Assembly (NCBI GenBank): GCA_902798645.1
Contig: CADBXV010000002.1
Coordinates: 12,600-76,599, forward strand
Reading direction: 5' to 3'
Length of the DNA: 64,000 nucleotides
DNA from: an uncultured bacterium
GTDB taxonomy: Bacteria; Cyanobacteriota; Vampirovibrionia; Gastranaerophilales; Gastranaerophilaceae
Under the pieces are notes generated by a model. That model did no database searches, was not told where the DNA came from, and saw only the letters and a list, made by a program, of their open reading frames with translations. Shown piece after piece: positions 39,035-47,594 of this stretch. Within the stretch, counting starts at the first letter, position 1; every line of letters begins with the position of its first letter. The translations under genes and the position numbers were made by a program.

Positions 39035-39674
39035 TTTTTATATCTTCTTCCTTATCATTATTAGTAAATTGTAAAAAACTTCCTATTAAATTTTCATTCC
39101 AAACCTTTACATCTTTTGGAACATCTAAGATACATGGTGTAAAATTCCATATATACTTCATTCCTGCTCCTGCCAGATAATTTGCGGCATCCCTTGCATA
39201 ATCTTTAGGAACGGTTAAAATTGCAATATCCACACCCAGCCTTGACGCAAGATTACCGACTTTTGTCAAGCTGAATACTTCTTTTCCGTTAATAGTCGTT
39301 CCTATTTTATTCTTATCTGTATCAAACATTGCTAATATATTTAAACCATAATCTTTAAAGCTGTTATATTTAGCAAGCGCCGAACCCAAATTGCCGGCTC
39401 CGATAATAAATGCATCTTTAGTCTGCTTAAACCCCAAACATTCTTCTATCTTATGTTTTAGAGTCTTTATATTATATCCTACTCTGCATTTTCCTTCAAT
39501 ACCGGTATTTCCAAAAGTTTCTAAATATTTTATATCTTTTCGTACTTGTGAATCATCTATATTCAAAAGACTTGCAATCTTTGTACTTGATATAAAAGTT
39601 TCACTTTCTCTAAGATCATCAAGTATAAAATGATATAATGTTAATCTATTAACAACTTTATAGGGAATACCCAC
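39024..39674 (-). CDS. rex: redox-sensing transcriptional repressor Rex
   Basis: R...Y...L......ISS..IA......S.QVRKD winged helix followed by the GAGNLG Rossmann motif. Confidence 0.9.
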   Translation of the reverse strand: MGIPYKVVNRLTLYHFILDDLRESETFISSTKIASLLNIDDSQVRKDIKYLETFGNTGIEGKCRVGYNIKTLKHKIEECLGFKQTKDAFIIGAGNLGSALAKYNSFKDYGLNILAMFDTDKNKIGTTINGKEVFSLTKVGNLASRLGVDIAILTVPKDYARDAANYLAGAGMKYIWNFTPCILDVPKDVKVWNENLIGSFLQFTNNDKEEDIKNDN

Positions 39675-39707
39675 TTTTTAAACCTCTACACTAAAAAATA
39701 ATAAAGC

Positions 39708-39744
39708 AACTGAGTGAGTGAATCAAGATTTCACTCACTCAGTT
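39708..39744 (-). terminator. intrinsic terminator of adhE
   Basis: Perfect 15-bp stem AACTGAGTGAGTGAA / TTCACTCACTCAGTT, followed on the minus strand by a T-rich run. Confidence 0.75.
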
Positions 39745-39756
39745 TACTGTGTACTT

Positions 39757-42402
39757 TTATACTATTCCTTCGTATGCATTTAAGAAGATTTGTTTTATCT
39801 CACTCATAAGCGGATATCTTGGGTTTGCACCTGTACATTGGTCATCGAAAGCTCTTTCAACCAATACATCAAGATTAGCCATGAATTCATCTTCTTTAAC
39901 ACCAAATTCCTTGATAGATTTTGGCAAGTTGATTTCTGTCATTAATTCATCTACAGCCTTAATCAACAATTCAACTTTTTCATCATCGTTCTTGCCGCCC
40001 AAACCAAGTTCATCTGCTACTTGACCATATTTAGTCTTAGCATTCGGATACTTGTATTGAGGGAAGATTGCTTGTTTTGTCGGTTTATCAACTGCGTTAA
40101 ATTTGATAATTTGACGGATTAATAATGCATTAGCTACACCGTGAGGAATGTTATACATAGCACCAAGTTTGTGAGCCATTGAGTGGCACAAACCTAAGAA
40201 TGCGTTTGCAAATGACATACCTGCAATAGTTGCTGCATAATGCATTTTTTCTCTTGCAATCGGGTCATTAGCACCTTCGTTGTATGAACGAGCCAAATAT
40301 TTAAATACTAATTTTGATGCTTCTAATGCATTTGAATTAGTAAAGTTAGTTGCCATACAAGATACATAAGCTTCAAGAGCGTGAACAAGTGCGTCAATAC
40401 CTGATGCTGCAGTTAAACCTTTTGGCATACCGTCAACAAAGTTAGGATCAACTATTGCCATATTTGGTGTCAATGCATAATCCGCTATTGCATATTTGTA
40501 ATGAGTTTTTTCATCCGTAATGATCGAGAAAGGTGTAACTTCACTACCTGTACCTGATGTAGTCGGAATACAAACCATAGTTGCTTTTTGTCCCAATTCA
40601 GGAATTTGACAAATACGTTTTCTTATATCCATAAATCTCATTGAAATATCTGCAAAGTTTGTATCAGGTTGTTCATATAATAACCAAATAATCTTACCTG
40701 CATCCATAGGAGAACCGCCGCCTAATGCGATAATTACATCCGGCTCATAAGGTTTAACTATTTCCATTGCTTGTTTTACTGTTGCAATCGTAGGATCAGG
40801 TTTAACATCAAAGAATACTTGGTGATCGATTCCGATTTCATCAAGAACCTTAGTAATATTGTCAACTGCACCTGAATTAAATAAGAAACGGTCAGTTACG
40901 ATAAATGCACGTTTTTTACCTTTAAGTTCTTTAAGAGCAAGGTCAATACAACCTCTCTTGAAGTAAACTTTAGGCGGAACTTTAAACCATAACATATTTT
41001 CTCTCCTTTCAGCTACAGTTTTGTAATTTAATAAATGTTCTACACCAATATTTCCTGATACTGCGTTGCCGCCCCAAGAACCACAACCTAATGACAATGA
41101 TGGTTCAAGCTTAAAGTTGAATAAGTCACCGATACCACCTTGTGAAGAAGGTGAGTTAATCAGAATTCTGCAAGAAGGCATTTTTTCTGCATAAGCATTA
41201 ATTCTGTCTGATTTTCTTTCATCAGTATAAAGAACTGACGTATGACCTGCTCCGCCTCTTAATACCAATTCGTGTGCCATATCTGCAGCTTGTTCAAAAG
41301 ATTTAGCTTTGTACATAGTTAAAATTGGCGACAATTTTTCTCTTGAGAACGGATCGCTCCAATCTAATTTTGTTCTTTCGCAAAGAAGAATTTTTGAATC
41401 TTCAGGAATTTCGAAACCGGAAAGTTCTGCGATTCTGTGAGCGCTTTGACCAACAATAAGAGGATGAGCCGTTCCTCTTTGAGGATCTATGAACGGAAGT
41501 TCTATCATCTTCTTTTCATCTTCTTTTTTAACCAGGTACGCACCTCGATAAACAAATTCTTTTTTAACTTCTTCATATATATCTTCTACAACGATTACTG
41601 ATTGTTCAGAAGCACAAATCATACCGTTATCAAAAGTCTTTGACATAAGAATTGATGATACAGCCATTTTAATATCCGCTGTTTCATCAATTACTGCTGC
41701 AGTGTTACCGGGACCTACACCTAATGCCGGTTTACCTGATGAATAAGCAGCTTTTACCATGCCAGGACCACCTGTTGCTAAAATGCAAGCTATATTAGGA
41801 TGGTGTAATAAAGCATCTGATAATTCCATAGAAGGAACATCAATCCAGCCTATAATATCTTTTGGTGCGCCTGCTTCAACAGCAGCTTCAAGAACAACTT
41901 TTGCTGCTTCTATCGTTGATTTTGTTGCACGTGGGTGTGGTGAAAATACAATCGCATTTCTTGTCTTTAATGCTATTAATGATTTGAAAATAGCAGTTGA
42001 AGTCGGGTTTGTTGTAGGAATGATACCGGCTAAAATCCCGAGAGGCTCAGCTACAATCTTAATCCCGTTTTCTTTATCAACACTTATAACTCCGCAAGTT
42101 TTTGCATTTTTGTGTTTGTTGTAAATGTATTCAGAAGCGAAGTGATTTTTAATAATTTTATCTTCCAAAACGCCCATGCCTGTATCTTCTACAGCCATTC
42201 TTGCAAGAGGAATTCTCATTTTGTCAGCCGCTGTTGCTGCTGCTTTGAATATTCTGTCAACATCTTCTTGAGAGAATTTTGAATATTCTTCCTGAGCTTT
42301 TTTTACTCTGTTAAGTAAATCATTTAAAGCCTCTACATTATCAACAAGACCTGTTGATTTTACAGCTTTCTTTTCTTCTTTTTTTTCTAATACTTTCGGC
42401 AT
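39757..42402 (-). CDS. adhE: bifunctional acetaldehyde-CoA / alcohol dehydrogenase
   Basis: 881 aa; N-terminal ALDH domain (catalytic ICASEQS) fused to an Fe-ADH domain (GGGSPMDAGK). Confidence 0.95.
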   Translation of the reverse strand: MPKVLEKKEEKKAVKSTGLVDNVEALNDLLNRVKKAQEEYSKFSQEDVDRIFKAAATAADKMRIPLARMAVEDTGMGVLEDKIIKNHFASEYIYNKHKNAKTCGVISVDKENGIKIVAEPLGILAGIIPTTNPTSTAIFKSLIALKTRNAIVFSPHPRATKSTIEAAKVVLEAAVEAGAPKDIIGWIDVPSMELSDALLHHPNIACILATGGPGMVKAAYSSGKPALGVGPGNTAAVIDETADIKMAVSSILMSKTFDNGMICASEQSVIVVEDIYEEVKKEFVYRGAYLVKKEDEKKMIELPFIDPQRGTAHPLIVGQSAHRIAELSGFEIPEDSKILLCERTKLDWSDPFSREKLSPILTMYKAKSFEQAADMAHELVLRGGAGHTSVLYTDERKSDRINAYAEKMPSCRILINSPSSQGGIGDLFNFKLEPSLSLGCGSWGGNAVSGNIGVEHLLNYKTVAERRENMLWFKVPPKVYFKRGCIDLALKELKGKKRAFIVTDRFLFNSGAVDNITKVLDEIGIDHQVFFDVKPDPTIATVKQAMEIVKPYEPDVIIALGGGSPMDAGKIIWLLYEQPDTNFADISMRFMDIRKRICQIPELGQKATMVCIPTTSGTGSEVTPFSIITDEKTHYKYAIADYALTPNMAIVDPNFVDGMPKGLTAASGIDALVHALEAYVSCMATNFTNSNALEASKLVFKYLARSYNEGANDPIAREKMHYAATIAGMSFANAFLGLCHSMAHKLGAMYNIPHGVANALLIRQIIKFNAVDKPTKQAIFPQYKYPNAKTKYGQVADELGLGGKNDDEKVELLIKAVDELMTEINLPKSIKEFGVKEDEFMANLDVLVERAFDDQCTGANPRYPLMSEIKQIFLNAYEGIV

Positions 42403-42705
42403 TTGTATATCTCCTTTTTAAATTGTGATTAAATTCCTTAATTAAAATTTTATTACGCAAATAATTGCATGTCAACAATATTGAAAAATATAGCATATTA
42501 AGATTATATAAATAATGGCAGTTTATCACTATTGTGTGGTCAATTGTGATTTTCTGCTCGATTAAAACCTTTTTTGGGTTATATACTAAATTTAGAATAA
42601 ATATGCCAATTAAAGGTTTCAGAGTGTTTACTAAATTATAAATCAATATATATTATGTTTATGTTAAAATCTATACTATATTAGATTTATAAAGAGGATA
42701 TCAAA

Positions 42706-44262
42706 ATGGAAAAGTTTTATACAACTACTGCTATTGATTATGTGAATGGTGCACCGCATATAGGTCATGCTTATGAAAAAATCTTAACGGATGTTATATA
42801 CAGACACTTTACACAAAGATGTGATGAAACATTCTTTTTAACAGGTACTGATGAACATGGTATCAAAATCCAAAAAACTTCAGCAGAAAAAGGAATTTCA
42901 CCAAAAGATTTTTGCGACATGAATGCACAAAAATTTAAAGACTCTTGGAAAGCTCTTAATATAGGATATTCAAAGTTTATCAGAACAACAGACGAATATC
43001 ATGAAAAAGTTGTACAAAAGATTTTTGATAAACTTTTAAAACAAGGCGACATTTATAAACACGCTTATACAGGTTTGTACTGTTCCGGCTGTGAAGCATT
43101 TTTAAGTGAAAAAGACCTTACGGAAGACGGACTTTGTCCTGACCACCAAAAAAAACCGGAAGTTGTGTCGGAAGAAAATTATTTCTTTAAACTTACGAAA
43201 TACAAAGATGATATTATTAAACATATTAAAACACATCCTGATTTTATAATGCCTTCTTGGAGAGCAACTGAAGTTCTTAATCAACTTGAACACATTGAAG
43301 ATATTTCCGTTTCACGATCAAAAACAAACGTAAGCTGGAATATTCCGGTACTTGGTGATGATGAACAAGGTATTTATGTTTGGATTGATGCTCTTTCAAA
43401 CTACATTACTGCAATAGGTTACGATCCTGACGGAAGCAGCGAGCTGTTTGAAAAACTTTGGCCTTGCGATGTTCACGTTATTGGTAAAGATATTCTGAAA
43501 TTCCATAGCATTTATTGGATTGGAATTCTTATGGCTCTGGACTTACCGCTTCCTAAACATATTTTTGCACATGGTTGGATTACAATAGACCAAACTAAGA
43601 TGTCTAAATCTTTAGGTAATGTAATTTCTCCGACATCCATTTTAGAAGCGTTTAATCTTGAAATTCCGGATCCTTTGAGATACTACATGGCAACATCTGC
43701 CCCTTGCGGTAAAGACGGAAATTATTCAGACGACGATTTTAAAGAAAAAGTTAACGCTCATCTGGCAAACTCTATGGGCAACCTTTTAAACAGAACATTA
43801 TCAATGCTTGTAAAATATTTTGACGGTGATATTAAGCCCGAATTTCTGGGTAAAAATGAGCTTGCTGAAAAAGCTATAGAAACAATCAAAGCTGTTAAAC
43901 ATCATTTCGACTATTTTGAAATTGCTGAAGCAGGGCAAAAAATCATTGAGTTGGTAGATGTTACTAATAAATACGTTACCGACAATGCGCCTTGGACACT
44001 TGCAAAAGAGGGCAATATGGAAAAATGCGGTATTGTTCTCACAAATGTTTTAGAGGTAATGTGTGTTATTACTTCACTCATTTACCCATTCTGTCCGAAT
44101 ATTGCTAAATCTATGTCAGAACAGTTAAGCTTTGATTTGGGTACCAAGTTAGATGATTTAACTTGTTCAAACTTAAAATCCGGACACTTAATAGACAAAG
44201 AAAACATAAAACCCGTATTTTTAAGAATGGATAGCGAGCTTGCAGATAAGAGCAAAAAGTAA
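42706..44262 (+). CDS. metG: methionine--tRNA ligase
   Basis: HIGH (PHIGHAYE) and KMSKS motifs; C..C/C..H knuckle region. Confidence 0.95.
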   Translation: MEKFYTTTAIDYVNGAPHIGHAYEKILTDVIYRHFTQRCDETFFLTGTDEHGIKIQKTSAEKGISPKDFCDMNAQKFKDSWKALNIGYSKFIRTTDEYHEKVVQKIFDKLLKQGDIYKHAYTGLYCSGCEAFLSEKDLTEDGLCPDHQKKPEVVSEENYFFKLTKYKDDIIKHIKTHPDFIMPSWRATEVLNQLEHIEDISVSRSKTNVSWNIPVLGDDEQGIYVWIDALSNYITAIGYDPDGSSELFEKLWPCDVHVIGKDILKFHSIYWIGILMALDLPLPKHIFAHGWITIDQTKMSKSLGNVISPTSILEAFNLEIPDPLRYYMATSAPCGKDGNYSDDDFKEKVNAHLANSMGNLLNRTLSMLVKYFDGDIKPEFLGKNELAEKAIETIKAVKHHFDYFEIAEAGQKIIELVDVTNKYVTDNAPWTLAKEGNMEKCGIVLTNVLEVMCVITSLIYPFCPNIAKSMSEQLSFDLGTKLDDLTCSNLKSGHLIDKENIKPVFLRMDSELADKSKK

Positions 44263-44277
44263 CTCTATGTGTAAATA

Positions 44278-44325
44278 AATGAGCGGCATTAAATCTTCTC
44301 TAGGGAAGATTTAATGCCGCTCATT
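44278..44325. terminator. long perfect hairpin (21-bp stem) between convergent genes
   Basis: AATGAGCGGCATTAAATCTTC-tctagg-GAAGATTTAATGCCGCTCATT. Confidence 0.7.
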
Positions 44326-44501
44326 CAAATGTTTAAAAACAACCTGTCGATGATTTCATTTTGAATATTAATTGCATATTCAAGCGTTATTGTTTCAGGA
44401 ATATAATCTTGCTTTTCACATGAATTTTTTGCTGTTTGAATTAAGCCGCATACGTCAACTGCCATCTTTTCAAGTTCTTCTATATCTTCTTGTGTAAGCA
44501 T
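44325..44501 (-). CDS. small hypothetical protein (58 aa, below the ORF-track cutoff)
   Basis: GAGGGGG RBS 4 nt before the ATG; reads MLTQEDIEELEKMAVDVCGLIQTAKNSCEKQDYIPETITLEYAINIQNEIIDRLFLNI. Confidence 0.4.
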   Translation of the reverse strand: MLTQEDIEELEKMAVDVCGLIQTAKNSCEKQDYIPETITLEYAINIQNEIIDRLFLNI

Positions 44502-44505
44502 ATTG

Positions 44506-44545
44506 CCCCCTCACCCTAACCCTCTCCCTATGGGAGAGGGGATAG
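44506..44545. repeat. GC-rich palindromic element, copy 1
   Basis: CCCCTCACCCTAACCCTCTCCC-tat-GGGAGAGGGGATAG; 9-bp G/C stem in an AT-rich genome. Confidence 0.7.
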
Positions 44546-44692
44546 TCTCTAAATTTTTTTTGTAAATATTTGTTTATTATTAGACACCAAATAGTGTATA
44601 AAGAAATTATATCGTTTCTTAAATCATACATATTTGACACGAAAATGTCAACAATGCAACAATATAGTTGCGAATAAAATAGAGAATATTGT

Positions 44693-44908
44693 ATGAGTGC
44701 AAAAGAAACAATAAAAATACTTTTAGTAAAAAGAAATATGACAGTTAAAGCATTAGCAGAAAAGTTAAGTATTGAAAAAAATAAAACTTATTCCAGACAA
44801 AATTTATCAAATAAAATCAATCGTAGTACAATTAATTATGATGAGATGGAAGAAATAGCAAAAATTCTCGGATATAGGATAGTTTTTGAAGATATAGAGG
44901 GCAAATAG
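44693..44908 (+). CDS. small XRE-like HTH protein, translationally adjacent to mraY
   Basis: MTVKALAEKLSIEKNKTYSRQNLSNKINR..INYDEMEEIAKILGY pattern of short HTH proteins. Confidence 0.6.
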   Translation: MSAKETIKILLVKRNMTVKALAEKLSIEKNKTYSRQNLSNKINRSTINYDEMEEIAKILGYRIVFEDIEGK

Positions 44909-44910
44909 TT

Positions 44911-45870
44911 ATGATAATGCTTGCAGTAGGATTGCTTTTAAGTTTGGTATTATGCCTATTATTTGGTGTACCGTATATAGATTTTTTGAAAAAGAAAACA
45001 ATAGGGCAATATGTTCTTGATCTTGCACCTGAAGCACACGCAAAAAAACAAGGTACGCCAACAACAGGTGGAGTTTTTATTGTTACGGCAATTATATTAT
45101 CTTCTGTTGTGACTCTTTTTATGGATCAACAAATGGGGAATTCTGCGTGGATTATATTGATAACACTTGTTTTTATGACACTTGCAGGATTACAAGACGA
45201 TTATCTTAAAATAAAAGGTAAAGAAAATAAAGGATTAAGCCCGAGAGGGAAATTGATTAGACAAATACTTATTGCACTTATTCCGACAATTTATGCTATG
45301 CAGCACTTTGGAACAGTAATAACTCTCGGTTCAAAAAGCTTTGATGTCGGAATTTTTTATCCGGCATTAGCGGTATTTATTATTACAGGGGCATCGAATG
45401 CTTATAACTTAACGGATGGATTAGACGGGCTTGCTGCATCAACGGGAATTCCTGCATTTTTAGCTTGTGGGTTTTTAGCAATGATTAACGGACATAATGA
45501 TATAGCAATTGTTTCCGCAACCGTTGTCGGAGCGTTAATAGGTTTTTTAAGATATAACAAACCTAAAGCACAAGTCTTTATGGGTGATACAGGTTCTCTT
45601 GCTCTGGGAGGACTTTTAGGAACTTTGTCTATTATGGGTAGGTTTGAGTTATTACTTGCTATATTTGGCGGTGTCTTTGTAATGGAAACCTTATCAGTCA
45701 TTATTCAAGTTACAAGTTTTAAACTTACAGGCAAAAGAGTGTTTAAAATGTCACCTATTCACCATCATTTTGAACTTTGTGGGCATAGCGAAAAGCAGAT
45801 AGTTGTTGAATTTGCAATTGTTTCACTTATTCTTTCGATTATAGCTGTGGGATTGAATTTTATACTATAA
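44911..45870 (+). CDS. mraY: phospho-N-acetylmuramoyl-pentapeptide transferase
   Basis: K.GTPTTGG, NAYNLTDGLDGLA, FMGDTGSLALGG, PIHHHFE motifs. Confidence 0.95.
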   Translation: MIMLAVGLLLSLVLCLLFGVPYIDFLKKKTIGQYVLDLAPEAHAKKQGTPTTGGVFIVTAIILSSVVTLFMDQQMGNSAWIILITLVFMTLAGLQDDYLKIKGKENKGLSPRGKLIRQILIALIPTIYAMQHFGTVITLGSKSFDVGIFYPALAVFIITGASNAYNLTDGLDGLAASTGIPAFLACGFLAMINGHNDIAIVSATVVGALIGFLRYNKPKAQVFMGDTGSLALGGLLGTLSIMGRFELLLAIFGGVFVMETLSVIIQVTSFKLTGKRVFKMSPIHHHFELCGHSEKQIVVEFAIVSLILSIIAVGLNFIL

Positions 45871-45871
45871 A

Positions 45872-46642
45872 TTACACAAGAGTTAGTCTGTTTTCTTTGG
45901 AAAAATGTTCTGCCCTGAGTTCATTTAATCTTTCACGAGCAAAAGCTGCATCTTCAGAGAATTTTTTAATTTGCAAAAATTTCTTATAATAACGTACTGC
46001 ATCTTTATACTTTGCCATTTTATCAAAACTCATTGCAATTCCCAAATATGCTTTATAGTAATCAGGATTACGTTTGGTAAGTTGGAAGAAAGTTCTGGAT
46101 GCTTCCATATAATTACCCATTCCCATCAGCATGGCAGCTTTATTATAATAAGCTTTTAAAAATTCAGGGTTTGTTTCAATAAGTTTGTTATATATCATCA
46201 AAGATAAATCTGTTTCATCAACAAGTTCATGGGCAATTGCAAGCTGAATTTGTGCTTCAAGATTTTCTCTGTTTATTAAAATTGCCTTTATTAAATACTG
46301 AATTGCACTCTCAGGATGACCATCCAATAAATGACACACGCCTAATTCAAAAAAGTAATTATCATTTGAGTCATCCAAATTTATAAGTTTTTCAAGAGTT
46401 TTGATTGCTTTTTTGTATTCTTTCAAGTATTTATATGCACTTGCAAGTCCAAAATAAGCTTTTGCTTCGTTTCTATCGAGCATAATTGCCTGTAAATATG
46501 TTTGAATTGAATCCTGATAAAGTTTAGCAAACCTTAGCGCATCTGCTTTCACGCATAAATTATATGCACGTGAACGCTGAGGCATAGTAACCTTTGACGA
46601 TGCTTTTGCTAAATTTTTATCCGTAGACACTTCAAGCTGCAT
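45872..46642 (-). CDS. tetratricopeptide-repeat protein
   Basis: Repeated TPR units (A.AYF.LA.AY...K.Y..AI..). Confidence 0.75.
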   Translation of the reverse strand: MQLEVSTDKNLAKASSKVTMPQRSRAYNLCVKADALRFAKLYQDSIQTYLQAIMLDRNEAKAYFGLASAYKYLKEYKKAIKTLEKLINLDDSNDNYFFELGVCHLLDGHPESAIQYLIKAILINRENLEAQIQLAIAHELVDETDLSLMIYNKLIETNPEFLKAYYNKAAMLMGMGNYMEASRTFFQLTKRNPDYYKAYLGIAMSFDKMAKYKDAVRYYKKFLQIKKFSEDAAFARERLNELRAEHFSKENRLTLV

Positions 46643-46811
46643 ACTCTTCTCCCTATTCTATGTTAATAAATAATGTTTGATGCAGTAACCGCCAAAGGAT
46701 TTAAATTTATAGACCACATGGTCTAAATGCCATCCTCAAAATTAAAACCTGCTAAAATAAAGGATTTTGTCCGTTTTGTGTAACGATTTGTAACAATCAT
46801 TTTAAAAATCC

Positions 46812-46838
46812 TAAAGTTTTTCAAAAATATGCCGATAA
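46812..46838 (+). promoter_or_regulatory. sigma-28 (FliA/SigD)-type promoter
   Basis: Exact TAAA (46812-46815), 15-nt spacer, GCCGATAA (46831-46838); shares the extended CTAAAGTTTT -35 region with the site at 6340. Confidence 0.6.
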
Positions 46839-46934
46839 CATATTTGTAAGGAAAAAAGAATAAATGAATTAATTATCAGATAGTTGTTTTTTAGGGAATT
46901 GTTGAATCACACAGTTAAACAGAAGGAGTATGTT

Positions 46935-47117
46935 ATGGAACACTTAGACGAACACGAAATGCTTATTCAATATTCGGAGATGGCAGCATTCGATTTTAAT
47001 TCTGAGGAGTTTCAAAAGGTGAGAAAAGATTACTTAGAATGTAAAGATTTTATTTCGGATTTTATATGGAATATCAATCAGTTCATAAGTAAATTCAAAC
47101 CTGCAAGAGATTTTTAG
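46935..47117 (+). CDS. small acidic hypothetical protein (60 aa)
   Basis: GAAGGAG RBS 7 nt before the ATG at 46935; the track's longer 46884 start lacks an RBS. Confidence 0.5.
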   Translation: MEHLDEHEMLIQYSEMAAFDFNSEEFQKVRKDYLECKDFISDFIWNINQFISKFKPARDF

Positions 47118-47153
47118 TCAGTATAAGTATTAATAATTTTGAGGATATAGTGT

Positions 47154-47402
47154 ATGTCAAACAAAGAATTTAAGAATAATTGCTTTTCGCCAAATTGGAT
47201 TGAAGTTGACTTAGAACAATTGACGGTAAGCGACGAGGCCACAGTTAATAAGGAGGTAAGCCCAGAGAGCAAACAACGTAAAGACTTAAAAACATTATTA
47301 CAAGAACTTGATGAAATCAAGAAAAACATTGAAAGAGCTGTGGAAAAACAGCATCGTTTGGCAAATCTTGTCGGATTCTATACCGGTGAACTTGCGCAAT
47401 AA
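47154..47402 (+). CDS. small hypothetical protein (82 aa), coiled-coil C-terminus
   Basis: GAGGA RBS; follows the previous small ORF in the same orientation. Confidence 0.5.
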   Translation: MSNKEFKNNCFSPNWIEVDLEQLTVSDEATVNKEVSPESKQRKDLKTLLQELDEIKKNIERAVEKQHRLANLVGFYTGELAQ

Positions 47403-47514
47403 CCGATAAATGCCGTAACGAATATTTTGAACAGAAGCAGACGGAAGTTATGAGATTCCGCCTGCTTTTGGTTTGTGGTATTATTAAAGGCACTAGGGCT
47501 CTAAGATACTTAAA

Positions 47515-47543
47515 ATGTAGGTCAGGTTTCACCTGACAAAAAC
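47515..47543 (+). repeat. REP-like palindromic element, copy 2
   Basis: ATGTAGGTCAGGTTTCACCTGACAAAAAC. Confidence 0.85.
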
Positions 47544-47558
47544 AAAGAATTGTAAGAA

Positions 47559-47588
47559 ATGTAGGTCAGACAATACCTGACAAATAAC
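47559..47588 (+). repeat. REP-like palindromic element, copy 3 (tandem with copy 2)
   Basis: ATGTAGGTCAGACAATACCTGACAAATAAC. Confidence 0.8.
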
Positions 47589-47594
47589 AGAGGT

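Noticed and set aside
39708-39744. Possible Rex operator inside the adhE terminator (GTGAA-N7-TTCAC) upstream of rex
   Set aside because: Rex boxes as I recall them are TTGTGAA-N4-TTCACAA. The spacing here (7 nt) and the outer positions do not fit, and the perfect 15-bp stem plus T-run is fully explained as a terminator.
42421-42551. Two copies of AATTGTGATT (42421-42430 and 42542-42551; AATCACAATT on the adhE strand) upstream of adhE as Rex half-sites
   Set aside because: Only the TCACAA half matches the Rex consensus, and the partner halves score about 4/7. Kept as a weak possibility only; it needs a genome-wide Rex motif model.
42403-42705. T-box leader upstream of metG
   Set aside because: The 300-nt region has no T-box sequence (..GGTGGTACCGCG..), no specifier-loop architecture and no terminator before the start codon.
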